Origin: Planctomycetota bacterium
GTDB taxonomy: Bacteria; Planctomycetota; UBA1135; GCA-002686595
Reading direction: 5' to 3'
NCBI GenBank assembly: GCA_046349615.1
Contig: JAXMBZ010000005.1
Location: 49,785-113,784, forward strand
Length of the DNA: 64,000 nucleotides
Translations under genes and position numbers: made by a program
In this document: piece after piece, positions 37,283 to 47,057 of the stretch
Layout of the letters: the number at the start of each line of letters is the position of its first letter
How positions within the stretch are numbered: the first letter of the stretch is position 1
Notes under the pieces: generated by a model
What the model was told of the DNA's origin: nothing
Databases searched by the model: none
The model's input: the letters and a program-made list of their open reading frames with translations, nothing else

Positions 37283-40172
37283 TCAGAGTCCGTGCGCTTC
37301 GAAGCCGCCGAGCAGCTCTTGCTGGTGCGGGGTCGGCGTCAGCGGGTTCGCGTCGTCGTCGTCGAGCACGAGCCAGCGCCGCTTGATCCCCGGGTGGATC
37401 GCGAACTCCGGGTACGTCGAGCACCAGGCGCGAAAGAGCGCGTTCGCGATCGACGCGCCGGTCGTCGCGCCGTGCACCGCGACGAGCCGTGCGCGGACCT
37501 GCCAGAGCGCGCCCAGGACGACCTCGCCCTTCTTGTGCGGGTCCCCGAGGAACTGGTCCGCGTAGCTCGCGTACTGCCTGCAGGTCTCGCCGGAGCGCGC
37601 GCACGTCTCCGCCGAACAAAAGTAGGGGAAGAGCTCGGGTTGACCGGTCACGTAGGTCGCCCAGACGTCCGCCAGGCCTTCGTTGAACGCGCTCGGGGCC
37701 TCGATGCCGAAGTCGAGGTCGTTCATCCAGTGCCCGAGCTCGTGGACGAGCACCGTCGCGTTCGCCTTGTTCGTGCACGCTCCGTCGAACGCTCCACAGC
37801 ACCCGCAGCCGGCGGGCTGGATCGGGAAGAGGCCGCAGGCGCCGCCGCCGATGCTGAACCAGGTCTCGGGGCTGCCGACGCCGCCCGGCAGCGCGCTCGT
37901 GGGAACGAAGCGCGCGTCGCAGCCGTTGACCGTCTGCGCGAGGTTGACGCGCGTGAGCTTCGCGTACCCATCGGATTCCCACGCTGCGTCCGCCGGGTTG
38001 ACCTCGGCGATCCAGTGCCGGAGGCGCGTCGTCCACCAGTACGCGTTCGCTTGCGCAGTCAGCGTGGGGCCGCCCGAGTACGGCGCGGGACCGCCGAGCA
38101 GGATCCGGTTGCCCGCGTCGTTCGTCACGGTCGAGGCCAGCGCGTAGTCCGGCCCCGCTTCGTTGCGCACCACCGCGTGACGGCCGCGGAAGCGCGCCGT
38201 GATCGTCCGCGGCGCGGAGCCGGGGAAGCGGAACGTCCCCTCGGCGTCGGTCCAGACGACGTTGCCGAACTCGTCCTCCAACTCGAGATCGGCGAGCACG
38301 GAGGGCACTTCGGCGCTCGGATCGCCGCTCGAAGCCGGCGTCGCGCACGAGGTCGGCGGACACGCGCCGCACGTCCCGGTGCTGCACGGCGAGCACGTCG
38401 TCTGCGGGATCGCCGCGTGCGCGAGGTCGTCGGGCAGGATGCCGGGCGTGATCCACGCGCCGACTCGCCCCGTGACGTCGAAGCGCAGCACGCGGTCCAC
38501 GCACGCGACGACCGCGCCGCTCCGGGCGTCGACGCGGACCTCGTACACGTCGGGCTCGGGACCGTCCGCGAGCGACTGGACGACCTGCGTCCAGACGAGC
38601 CGCCGCGCGTCGCCGGGTGCGCCGGGTCGCGCGCGAAGAGCAGGTGCGCGGGGGCGAGCGCCTTCCCGCGCGGCTCCAGTGCCCGAGCTCGTGGACGAGC
38701 ACCGTCGCGTTCGCCTTGTTCGTGCACGTCCCGTCGAACGCACCGCAGCACCCGCACGCCGCGGGCTGGATCGGGAAGATGCCGCAGACGCCGCCGCCGA
38801 TGCTGAACCACGTCTCCGGGCTGCCGACGCCGCCCGGCAGAGCGCTCGTGGGCACGAAGCGCGCGTCGCACCCGTTGACCGTCTGTGCCATGTTGACGCG
38901 CGTGAGCTTCGCGTAGCCGTCGGACTCCCACGCCGCGTCCGCCGGGTTCACCTCGGCGATCCAGTGCCGAAGGCGCGTCGTCCACCAGTACGCGTTGGCC
39001 TGCGCGGTCAGCGTGGGGCCGCCCGAGTACGGCGCGGGGCCGCCGAGGAGCAGCCGGTTGCCCGCGTCGTTCGTCACGATCGTCGTCAGCGCGTAGTCGG
39101 GGCCCGCCTCGTTGCGCACGACCGCGTGCCGGCCGCGGAAGCGCGCCGTGATCGTCCGCGGCGCGGAACCGGGGAAGCGGAAGGTCCCGTCCGCGTCGGT
39201 CCACACGACGTTTCCGAGCTCGTCCTCCAGCTCGAGGTCGGCGAGCACGACGGGCACCTCCGCGCTCGGATCGCCGCTCGACGCCGCCGTCGCGCACGAG
39301 GTCGGCGGACACGCGCCGCAGGTCGCGGTGCTGCACGGCGAGCACGTCGTCTGCGGGATCGCCGCGTGCGCGAGGTCGTCCGGCAGGATGCCGGGCGTGA
39401 TCCACGCGCCGACTCGCCCCGTGACGTCGAAGCGCAGCACGCGGTCCACGCACGCGACGACCGCGCCGCTCCGGGCGTCGACGCGGACCTCGTACACGTC
39501 GGGCTCGGGACCGTCCGCGAGCGACTGGACGACCTGCGTCCAGACGAGCCGCCGCGCGTCCGCCGGGTGCGCCGGGTCGCGCGCGAAGAGCAGGTGCGCG
39601 GGGGCGAGCGCCTTCCCGGCGCGGCCGGTGCGCGCCTCGAACGCGTCCCGCGCCGTGCGCGCGGCGGTCTCGGCGACGACGAGCGGCGTCGCGGGCGGGA
39701 GCTCAGGAGCGCTCGCGGCCGTCGACACGACGTCGAGCAGCGCGCCGTCCGTCGCGAGCAGGACGCCGAGCCCACCTTCGACGGCCACTCCCGCCGCGCT
39801 CTGACGGAAGCGCACGGCCACCTTGTCCGTGCTGCCGACGAGCGCGAGCGGGAGGAACGTGGCCCGCTCGAAGACCAGCGTGTCGGCGTCGATCCCGAGC
39901 CGTTCGCACGCGGCGCGGGCGCACACCGTCGCGCGCAGCCGCGCGTCGTCCTCGCTGCGGAGCGCCGTCTCGGGCCGCGGCGCGAGCTCTGCGAGTCGCG
40001 CCGCGTCGAAGTGCACGCTCCCGTCCTCGTCGCGCTCCAGCTCCGACGCCGGAGCGGTCGGGCGCGGCACCGTCGCGGCTTCCCGCGGGTCGCGCGCGTC
40101 CGAGGACGGCGCGAGTCGGTCGACGGTCGCGCCGGTGAGGAGGACCACGAAGGCGGGCGCGGCGAACGGCAT
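37283..40172 (-). pseudogene. Secreted HExxH zinc metallopeptidase gene (propeptide-like N-terminus plus catalytic region) containing an internal diverged tandem duplication. The reading frame is broken at the repeat junction: a disrupted gene, or indel errors in a repeat.
   Basis: Frame A (40172 down) encodes a signal peptide, a propeptide-like region, then module 1 ending ...NKANATVLVHELGHW, then Arg-rich junk with no stop until 37248. The frame of ORF 37283..38743 encodes module 2 (about 97% identical to module 1), which continues past HELGHW into MNDLDFGIEAPSAFNEG... and the true C-terminus. The two frames differ by 1 nt. Confidence 0.55.
37727..39625 (-). repeat. Tandem duplication of a ~948-951-bp unit (two copies, about 95-97% identical) inside the metallopeptidase gene.
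   Basis: Copy A is about 38675..39625 and copy B about 37727..38674. Each unit ends exactly after the HELGHW codons. Copy B lacks 1 nt twice within its first ~75 nt relative to copy A (cgcgccggg vs cgcgcggg; ggcggacgcg vs ggcgacgcg). These create the frame break. Confidence 0.8.
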
Positions 40173-40227
40173 GGAGCCATCGTCGCCGTTCGCCCGGGGA
40201 GCGCAAGGGCCGCCGATTTCCGCGGGC

Positions 40228-41166
40228 CTACCCCGTCGCGCGCGGATGCGCCTTCTCGTAGACGGCGCGCAGGCGCTCGATCGACACGTGCGTGTAGATC
40301 TGCGTCGTCACGAGGTGCGCGTGGCCGAGCAGCTCCTGCACGGAGCGCAGGTCGCAACCCTTGTCGAGCAGGTGCGTCGCGAACGAATGCCGCAGCGTGT
40401 GCGGCGTGCAACGGCGCGTGATGCCCGCCTTGCGCACGCAGCTCTCGACGATCCGGCCGAGCGAACGCGTCGTCAGCCTTCCGCCGCGCGGGTTCAGGAA
40501 CACCGCGCTCGCTCCGACGCCTTTCGGCTTCGGTCGCGCGGGGTCCTCGAGGTACGCCGCGAGCGCTTCACGCGCGTAGCGTCCGAGCCCGACGAGCCGC
40601 TCCTTGCGGCCTTTCCCGCGCACGCGCGCGACGCCGCGCGCGAGGTCGAGGTCCGCGCGGTCGAGCCCGACCGTCTCCGCGGCGCGCGTGCCCGCGCTGT
40701 AGACGAACTCGAGCAGCGCGCGATCGCGACGTCCGGCGGGCGTCTTCGCGTCGGGTGCGCGCAAGAGCGCGTCGACCTCCTCCGTCGAGAGCGCGCCGGG
40801 CAGCTTGCGCTCGCCGCGCCGTTGACGCAGGCCTGCGGCGGGGTGCGTCTCGATCGCGCCCTTCTGCAGCAAGTGACGGAACCACGAGCGCGCCGCGCTG
40901 AGCTTGCGTTGGATCGACGCGCGCGCGAGCTCGCGCCCGTCGAGGTCGGCGAGGTACGCGCGCAACATCCGCGGCGTGATCTCGGCGGGCTCGGCGACCT
41001 CGCGGCCGGCGAGGAAGAGCGCGAACTGCTCGAGGTCCTTCCGATACGCGCGCAGCGTGTGCGGCGAGGCCCCGCGCGTCGCCGCGAGCTCCTTCAAGAA
41101 CGCGTCGATCGAGCCCGCGATGCGCGGGGGGATCGGCGGCGACTCGACCTCGTCGCGCGCGGTCAC
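40228..41166 (-). CDS. Tyrosine recombinase, XerC/XerD family.
   Basis: The N-terminal SAM-like domain (IDAFLKELAATRGASPHTLRAYRKDL) is followed by the catalytic R..HxxR..Y region (HTLRHSFATHLL, LGHAHLVTTQIYTHV). Its GTG start overlaps the stop of the upstream gene (GTGA). Confidence 0.85.
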   Translation of the reverse strand: MTARDEVESPPIPPRIAGSIDAFLKELAATRGASPHTLRAYRKDLEQFALFLAGREVAEPAEITPRMLRAYLADLDGRELARASIQRKLSAARSWFRHLLQKGAIETHPAAGLRQRRGERKLPGALSTEEVDALLRAPDAKTPAGRRDRALLEFVYSAGTRAAETVGLDRADLDLARGVARVRGKGRKERLVGLGRYAREALAAYLEDPARPKPKGVGASAVFLNPRGGRLTTRSLGRIVESCVRKAGITRRCTPHTLRHSFATHLLDKGCDLRSVQELLGHAHLVTTQIYTHVSIERLRAVYEKAHPRATG

Positions 41167-42674
41167 TTCGCCGACTTCTTCGCGCCCGACGCCCACGTCG
41201 CCGGGCGGCGCGCCGTCGGTTCGTGCAGCGCGAACAGCGTCATCGCCGTGCCGTAGCTCTCGCTGCGCGGGAACACGCGGTCGTTCCAGCCGCCGTCCTC
41301 CTCGCGCACCTTCCAGAGCAGCGCGTAGAGCTTCGCGCGGTAGCTCGCGCGCTCCGCCTCGGGCAGGAACTCGATCGCCTGCGCGGCGTAGCGGTGCCCG
41401 TAGAAGAAGAAGTACGGCGCGATCGCATACGGCCCTTCGTGCGTGCCGGTCTTCTTGCGCCGGTCCTCGAGCGCCTGCCAGTGCTCGAAGAACGCGTCGA
41501 CCGCGCCGCGCATGCGATCGATCGAGCCGCGGCCGGCGAGGTACAGCGTCGTCTCGCACACGGCCATGCGCGCGCACGCGCCCGCGACCGCCTCGATGCC
41601 CTTGCCGCTCTTGCGCGCCGGGTTCGTGCTGTACTGGAAGGAACCCGTGTCGAGGCGCGCGTCCTCGAGCGTATTCAGCGCGCGCTCGACGACGCCCGCG
41701 TCGACGTGTTCGCCCTGGCGCGCGGCTTCGAAGAGGATCTGCAGCGTCGGCGCCGTCATGAAGGGCGAAGGCGGCGAGAGCGGAATCGCGTCGTCGCCGA
41801 GCGCGCGCTCCGCGGGCGCCAGCGCCTCGGGCGGCGCTTCGTGCTCCTCCGGCACCTCCTCCGCGGCCGGCGCGGCGATGCCCTGCCGCGCTTCGTCGCG
41901 CCCGGGCTTCTCGGGTTTCTCCGGCTTCTCGGGGCGAGCCGGCGCGTTCGGCTTCTTCTCCTTCGCGCGCTTCGCTTCGAGCGCCTTGCGCATCACGTCC
42001 GCGTGCGTGCCGTTCGGGCGCGAGTAGTTCCAGCCGCCCGACTCGATCTCCGTCGTCTCGAGCATGTGGACGAGCCTGGTGATCTCCTGGTCGACGCGCT
42101 CCGCGAGCTCCTTCGGCACGAGCTTGCGTTCGCGCAGGAGCAGGAGGAACGAGAGCCCGTACGCGTGGCCCCAGCCGCGCACGTCGTAGCCCTGCTCGAA
42201 GTCCTTCGTCATCAGCGGATGTCCGACGCCCTCGAGCACGAAGTCGAGCGCGCGTCGCACCGCGGCGGCGCTCTCGTCGGAGAGCTTGCCGTCCTGCGCC
42301 TCGATCAACGCGCTCGCCGCGATCGAGGTGCCGCCGACGCGGTACCCGATCGGGATCTCGCCGCCGACGCGGTACACGCCCTCGTACGGCCACTCGCGCG
42401 GCCCCGCCTTCGCATCCGTCTTCGGCGCGCGGCCGCGCTCCACGGCGGGGTCGTACGCCTCCTGCTTCGCGAGCAGGAGCGCGAGGCCGCGCTTCACCGC
42501 GTTCGTGAGCTCAGCCGCGTCGGGGGCGCGCGGCGCCGCGTCCGTCTTCGGCGCCGCGTCGTCCGCCTTCGGCGCGGCGGGGGACGGCGCCTGCAGCGCG
42601 CGGACGCTCGGCGTGAGCGCCGCGGCGGCGAGGAGCGGCAGGGCGAGGTTCGAGAACGCGGATCGGCTCGGCAT
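41163..42674 (-). CDS. Secreted hypothetical protein, possibly an alpha/alpha-toroid (prenyltransferase / squalene-cyclase-like repeat) fold.
   Basis: A signal peptide (MPSRSAFSNLALPLLAAAALTPSVRA) is present. GGW-containing repeats recur (ESGGWNY, EDGGWND). A Pro/Glu/Lys linker (PEKPEKPEKP) follows. The fold assignment is tentative. Confidence 0.5.
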   Translation of the reverse strand: MPSRSAFSNLALPLLAAAALTPSVRALQAPSPAAPKADDAAPKTDAAPRAPDAAELTNAVKRGLALLLAKQEAYDPAVERGRAPKTDAKAGPREWPYEGVYRVGGEIPIGYRVGGTSIAASALIEAQDGKLSDESAAAVRRALDFVLEGVGHPLMTKDFEQGYDVRGWGHAYGLSFLLLLRERKLVPKELAERVDQEITRLVHMLETTEIESGGWNYSRPNGTHADVMRKALEAKRAKEKKPNAPARPEKPEKPEKPGRDEARQGIAAPAAEEVPEEHEAPPEALAPAERALGDDAIPLSPPSPFMTAPTLQILFEAARQGEHVDAGVVERALNTLEDARLDTGSFQYSTNPARKSGKGIEAVAGACARMAVCETTLYLAGRGSIDRMRGAVDAFFEHWQALEDRRKKTGTHEGPYAIAPYFFFYGHRYAAQAIEFLPEAERASYRAKLYALLWKVREEDGGWNDRVFPRSESYGTAMTLFALHEPTARRPATWASGAKKSAK

Positions 42675-43368
42675 CGGGTTTCCTCGGTGCGCGCGGCGCA
42701 TCCCGCCGCGGGCGCGCGACGATCGTGCGCGCCGGCGCGAGGCCGCGCAAGAGCCGTCCGAGCGCCGCGGGCTCGGCCGCGTGCTCGACGTCGCGCTCGA
42801 GGCCCGCCGCCGAGAGGAGCTCGACGAGCGCGCGCTCGGTGAGCCGGCGCCGGTGGAGCGGGTGGTGCAGCGCGTCGCGTCCGTCGGGGACGAAGCGCGC
42901 GAGGAGCTCCGCCGCGGTCTCGCGCTCCGGCCAGAGCCACTCGTGCACGACGATGCGGCCCTTCGGCGCGAGCACGGACGGGAGGCTCGCGAGCAGCGCG
43001 ACCGGGTCCTCGACGTGCGCGAGCAGGTCCGCGATCCACACGAGGTCGAAGTCGCCGAGGCCGAGGTTCCAACCGAGCGTGTCGACGTCGCGCACCTCGG
43101 CGCGCAGCTCGAGCGAGCGCGCGAACGCGACGTGGTCGGCGACGCGGTCGATGCCGAGCGAGCCCGCGGAGAAATGGAGCAGGTGCCGTCCGTGCCCGCA
43201 GCCGACGTCGAGCACGCGCGCGGAGTCGAGGTCGAACGCGCGGGCGAGCGCGTCGAGCTCGCGCGGCGGCCCGCTCTCGAAGTGGCGCTTCCACGCGAGC
43301 CAGCGCTCGGGGGGAGCGCCGGGGGCGAGGACGCGGGCCTGCATCTCCTCGAGGGTCAGCACGAGCAC
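42511..43368 (-). CDS. Class I SAM-dependent methyltransferase.
   Basis: VLDVGCGHGRHL is the SAM-binding motif I and DLVWIADLLAHV is motif II-like. The last ~70 codons are Pro/Arg-rich and overlap the 5' end of the downstream gene out of frame, so the true 3' end is uncertain. Confidence 0.6.
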   Translation of the reverse strand: MLVLTLEEMQARVLAPGAPPERWLAWKRHFESGPPRELDALARAFDLDSARVLDVGCGHGRHLLHFSAGSLGIDRVADHVAFARSLELRAEVRDVDTLGWNLGLGDFDLVWIADLLAHVEDPVALLASLPSVLAPKGRIVVHEWLWPERETAAELLARFVPDGRDALHHPLHRRRLTERALVELLSAAGLERDVEHAAEPAALGRLLRGLAPARTIVARPRRDAPRAPRKPDAEPIRVLEPRPAAPRRRGAHAERPRAAGAVPRRAEGGRRGAEDGRGAARPRRG

Positions 43369-43536
43369 GAGGATCGCCGGTGCGCGGCGTCGGCGCCAGG
43401 GGGGAGGCGCTCCGACGGAGCTCCGAGCCGTTCCCGGGACGACGGCGCGGCCGAGTCGATGCGCCGAACGCGCCCGAAAACGACGGCACGCGCGGCCGCC
43501 CGACGGGGACCGCGCGTGCGCCCGACCCGCAGCGGG

Positions 43537-43968
43537 TCAGTTGCGCGCCGCGGGCTTCGCGGCCTCCTTCTTCGCGACCTTGAGCGTCGGCACGTCCTTC
43601 TGGAGCACGGCGCACTGCTCGCGCCAGCCCTTGAGGAGCGCCTCGCGGGACTCGTAGTTGATGCCCGCGGTGAAGCCCTTCTTCTCCGCGTCGTCGAGCA
43701 CCGCTTCCATCGCCTTCGCGTTCTGCGCCTGCGCATCGAGGTACTTCACGACCTGCTCGAGCGCGCCCTTCGTCTCCGCGAGCTCCGCGCCGAGCGCGTC
43801 GCACTTCTGGCGCAGCGCCTCGAGCTCCTGCGCGGCCGCGTCCTTCTTGTCGCCGTCCGCCTGCGGCGCGGCGAGCGCGGTCGAGTCGGCCTGCGCGGAG
43901 CGGTTCGCGAACGAGAGCGCGGCGACGGCCGCGCCGACGACGAGGATCGAGAGCACACTGGTCTTCAT
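43537..43968 (-). CDS. Small secreted coiled-coil protein.
   Basis: A signal peptide (MKTSVLSILVVGAAVAALSFA) is followed by heptad-like QELEALRQKCDALGAELAETKGALEQ. Confidence 0.5.
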   Translation of the reverse strand: MKTSVLSILVVGAAVAALSFANRSAQADSTALAAPQADGDKKDAAAQELEALRQKCDALGAELAETKGALEQVVKYLDAQAQNAKAMEAVLDDAEKKGFTAGINYESREALLKGWREQCAVLQKDVPTLKVAKKEAAKPAARN

Positions 43969-44114
43969 GGGAGTTCCAGATCGGCCGGAGTCCGAGCGGA
44001 CCTGAAGAACGTTCCGGGTCCGGGGTCCAGGGTACGGGAGCGGGCGGCCGCCGTGAGCGCCGGGAGGGCCTCCCAGCCCGACGCCGACCGCTCTTCGCTA
44101 GACTGCGCGGCTTC

Positions 44115-45386
44115 ATGAGCACGAGCCCCGCGCGCGGCGGACGATCCCCGCTCCTCTTCATCTTCCTGACGGTCTTCATCGACCTGCTCGGCTTCGGCAT
44201 CGTCCTGCCGCTCCTGCCGATCTACTCGAAGGCGTACGGGGCGGGGGAGCTCGAGCTCGGCCTGCTCTTCTCGTGCTTCTCGGGGATGCAGTTCCTCTTC
44301 GCGCCGATGTGGGGCCGGCTCTCGGACCGCATCGGGCGCAAGCCGGTGCTCGTCGGCGGCCTGATCGGCACGAGCGCCTCGTACCTGCTCTTCGCGTACG
44401 CGACGTCGATGCCGATGCTGTTCGTCGCGCGCCTGCTCGCGGGCTTCTTCGGCGCGAACATCTCGACCGCGGCGGCCTACATCGCCGACGTCACGACGCC
44501 GGAGAACCGCGCGAAGGGGATGGGCCTGCTCGGCGCCGCGTTCGGCCTCGGGTTCACGTTCGGCCCGTTCGTCGGCGGCGAGCTCACCGCGTTCTCGCCG
44601 ATGTACCCGGGCTTCCTCGCGGCCGGGCTCTCGCTCGTCGCGGCGGGCTTCGGCGCGTGGAAGCTCGTCGAGCCGCCGCGCGAGCTGCGCACCCACAGCC
44701 GCGTGTTCTCGCTCGAGCAGGTGCGCCTCGCGTTCGGCGAGCCGCGCATCGGCGTGCTCTTCGCGCTGTCGTTCCTGTCCGTGCTCGCGTTCTCGGCCTT
44801 CGAGGCGATGTTCGCGCGCTTCGGTCTCGCGACGTTCCCGCACCAGTTCGGGCTCGCGGACTCGATCGAGCACGCGACGATGGACGACGTGCTCAAGGCG
44901 GCCCCGTACACGGGGCGCTACCTCGGCGCGATCGGGATCCTCTCCGCGATCATCCAGGGCGGGCTCATCCGGCGGCTCGTGCCGCGCTTCGGCGAGACGT
45001 CGCTCGCGCTCGCCGGGCAGGCGGTGCTCGCGCTCGCCTTGCTCGTGCTCGGCCTCTCGCAGAGCTGGGGGATCGTGCTCCTCGGCTGCATCCTCATGCC
45101 GTTCGGCTTCGGCCTGAACAATCCGTCGCTCTCGGGGCTGATCTCGCGCGCGACGCCGAGCGACCAGCAGGGCGCGTTCCTCGGGTTGAACCAGTCGCTC
45201 GGGAGCCTCGCGCGCATGACCGGGCCGCCGCTCGCGGGCGAGGCGTTCCAGCACATCGACCCGCACGCGCCGTTCCTGCTCGGCGCGGCCGTGCTCGGGC
45301 TCTCCGTGTTCCTCGCGTACGGCTACCACCGCCGCTTCGGCGCGACGTTCCCGCGCAAGGCGGCCGCCGCGCCGGCCGAGGCCTGA
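44115..45386 (+). CDS. MFS transporter (tetracycline-resistance / DHA-like family).
   Basis: It has 12 TM helices and motif A (GRLSDRIGRKPVL). Confidence 0.85.
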   Translation: MSTSPARGGRSPLLFIFLTVFIDLLGFGIVLPLLPIYSKAYGAGELELGLLFSCFSGMQFLFAPMWGRLSDRIGRKPVLVGGLIGTSASYLLFAYATSMPMLFVARLLAGFFGANISTAAAYIADVTTPENRAKGMGLLGAAFGLGFTFGPFVGGELTAFSPMYPGFLAAGLSLVAAGFGAWKLVEPPRELRTHSRVFSLEQVRLAFGEPRIGVLFALSFLSVLAFSAFEAMFARFGLATFPHQFGLADSIEHATMDDVLKAAPYTGRYLGAIGILSAIIQGGLIRRLVPRFGETSLALAGQAVLALALLVLGLSQSWGIVLLGCILMPFGFGLNNPSLSGLISRATPSDQQGAFLGLNQSLGSLARMTGPPLAGEAFQHIDPHAPFLLGAAVLGLSVFLAYGYHRRFGATFPRKAAAAPAEA

Positions 45387-45399
45387 CGCCGGGCCCGCG

Positions 45400-46794
45400 A
45401 TGAGCGCGCGCGCGTGGTTCCGTCCGCGGGTCGAGGCGCTCGGGCCCGTGCCCGACGCGGGCGAGCTCGTCCAGCGGCTCGCGGGGCATCGCGCGCGCTT
45501 CGCGCTCGACAGCGCGGGCGGCGCGCCGCGGCGGTGGAGCGTCGTCGCGTTCGACCCGCTCGCGGCGGGAGCGCCGCCGAGCGCGCTCCTCGCGCTGCGC
45601 GCGTTCCACGCGCGGCTCCGTCTCGACGGCGGCGACGACGTGCCCGGCCCGTTCCACGGCGGGTTGCTCGCGGCGCTCGCCTACGACCTCGGCGTCGCGG
45701 GCGAGACGCGCGTCGGGCTCCCGCGCGACGCGTGGGGGACGCCGCTCGTCGTCGGGGGGCTCTACGTCGACTTCGTCGTGCGCGACGAGGCGAGCGGCGA
45801 GGGCTGGCTCGTGCTCGGCGAGGAGCCCGGCGACGGCCGTCCGTCGCTCGACGCGCGGCGCGAGCGCGTCCGCGCGGCGCTCGCGGCGGAATCGCCGCCG
45901 TTCGAGCTCCCCCGGCCGCTCGGCCCGCTCGTGCGGCACACGAGCGCCGAAGAGCACATGCGCCGCGTCGACGCGCTGCGCGCGGAGATCGCCGCGGGCG
46001 AGCTCTACCAGGCGAACCTCGCGCACCGGTTCTCGCGCGCCGTCGCGACGCGGAGCGACGCGCTCTACCGCCGCCTGCGCGCCGTCAACCCGGCGCCCTA
46101 CGCGACGTTCGTCGAGTGGGACGAGACGAACTCGGTCGACGCGCTCGCGACGCCGCGCGGCGCGCTGCTCTCCGCGTCGCCGGAGCTCCTGCTCGAGTTC
46201 GACGGCCGCGTCGCGCGCACGCGGCCGATCAAGGGGACGATCGCGCGCGGGAGCACGCCGGCGGAGGACGCCGCGCGCGCCGCGGAGCTCCTCGCGAGCG
46301 CGAAGGACCGCGCGGAGCTCGCGATGATCGTCGACCTCGAACGGAACGACCTCGGCCGCGTCGCGCGCGCGGGCGGCGTGCGCGTCGAGGCCTTCCCACG
46401 CCTCGAGTCGTTCGCGACGGTGCACCACCTCGTCGCCGACGTCGTCGCGGACGTCGCGCCGGGCCGCGACGCGTTCGACCTGCTCGCCGCGCTCTTCCCC
46501 GGCGGCTCGATCACCGGCGCGCCGAAGCTCGCGAGCATGGCTGCGATCGCGGAGCTCGAGGGCGAGGGCCGCGGCTTCTTCACGGGCTCCGCGGGCTTCG
46601 TCGACACGCGCGGTCGCGCGGCGTTCGACATCCTGATCCGCACGCTCGTGTGGCGCGACGAGGGCGGCGGACGCGGCACGGCGTCCTACCACGTCGGCGG
46701 CGGCATCACGTGGAGCTCGGACGCGGCCGCCGAGGACCGCGAGACGCTCGCGAAGGGCGCGGCGCTCGCTCGCGCGCTCGATCCGGAGGCGTGA
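45400..46794 (+). CDS. Chorismate-binding enzyme; aminodeoxychorismate synthase component I (PabB) or anthranilate-synthase-I-like.
   Basis: The C-terminal chorismate-binding core carries the conserved SPELLL, RTRPIKGT, GGSITGAPK and FFTGSAGF blocks. Confidence 0.8.
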   Translation: MSARAWFRPRVEALGPVPDAGELVQRLAGHRARFALDSAGGAPRRWSVVAFDPLAAGAPPSALLALRAFHARLRLDGGDDVPGPFHGGLLAALAYDLGVAGETRVGLPRDAWGTPLVVGGLYVDFVVRDEASGEGWLVLGEEPGDGRPSLDARRERVRAALAAESPPFELPRPLGPLVRHTSAEEHMRRVDALRAEIAAGELYQANLAHRFSRAVATRSDALYRRLRAVNPAPYATFVEWDETNSVDALATPRGALLSASPELLLEFDGRVARTRPIKGTIARGSTPAEDAARAAELLASAKDRAELAMIVDLERNDLGRVARAGGVRVEAFPRLESFATVHHLVADVVADVAPGRDAFDLLAALFPGGSITGAPKLASMAAIAELEGEGRGFFTGSAGFVDTRGRAAFDILIRTLVWRDEGGGRGTASYHVGGGITWSSDAAAEDRETLAKGAALARALDPEA

Positions 46795-47057
46795 GCCCGG
46801 CCGGGAGCGTTCCATCGCGGCGGGATCGAGTCCCGGCCGCGCCGCGCCTTCAGGAAGCCGCGAGGTCCCCCGCGTCGCGGCGTGCGGGTTTCGCCTTCGC
46901 CGGGAAGGAAAACGCGCTCCGGGCATCGACCTTCGCCCTGGACGTCGTCCGCGCGCTTGCAGCGCGCCCGCGCGCTTGCGGTAATGGCGGAAAAGGCTTC
47001 CCTCCGCGCGCGCGTGTCCGCGCGATCCGCTCGGGATAGGAGAGACGCCCCATCCAG

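Noticed and set aside
36432-43400. tRNA-Glu-associated integrated element (tRNA plus tyrosine recombinase)
   Set aside because: The recombinase looks like housekeeping XerC/D and is translationally coupled to its upstream gene. No direct repeat of the tRNA 3' end and no phage or conjugation genes were found in the window. It is left as a low-interest note rather than a mobile-element call.
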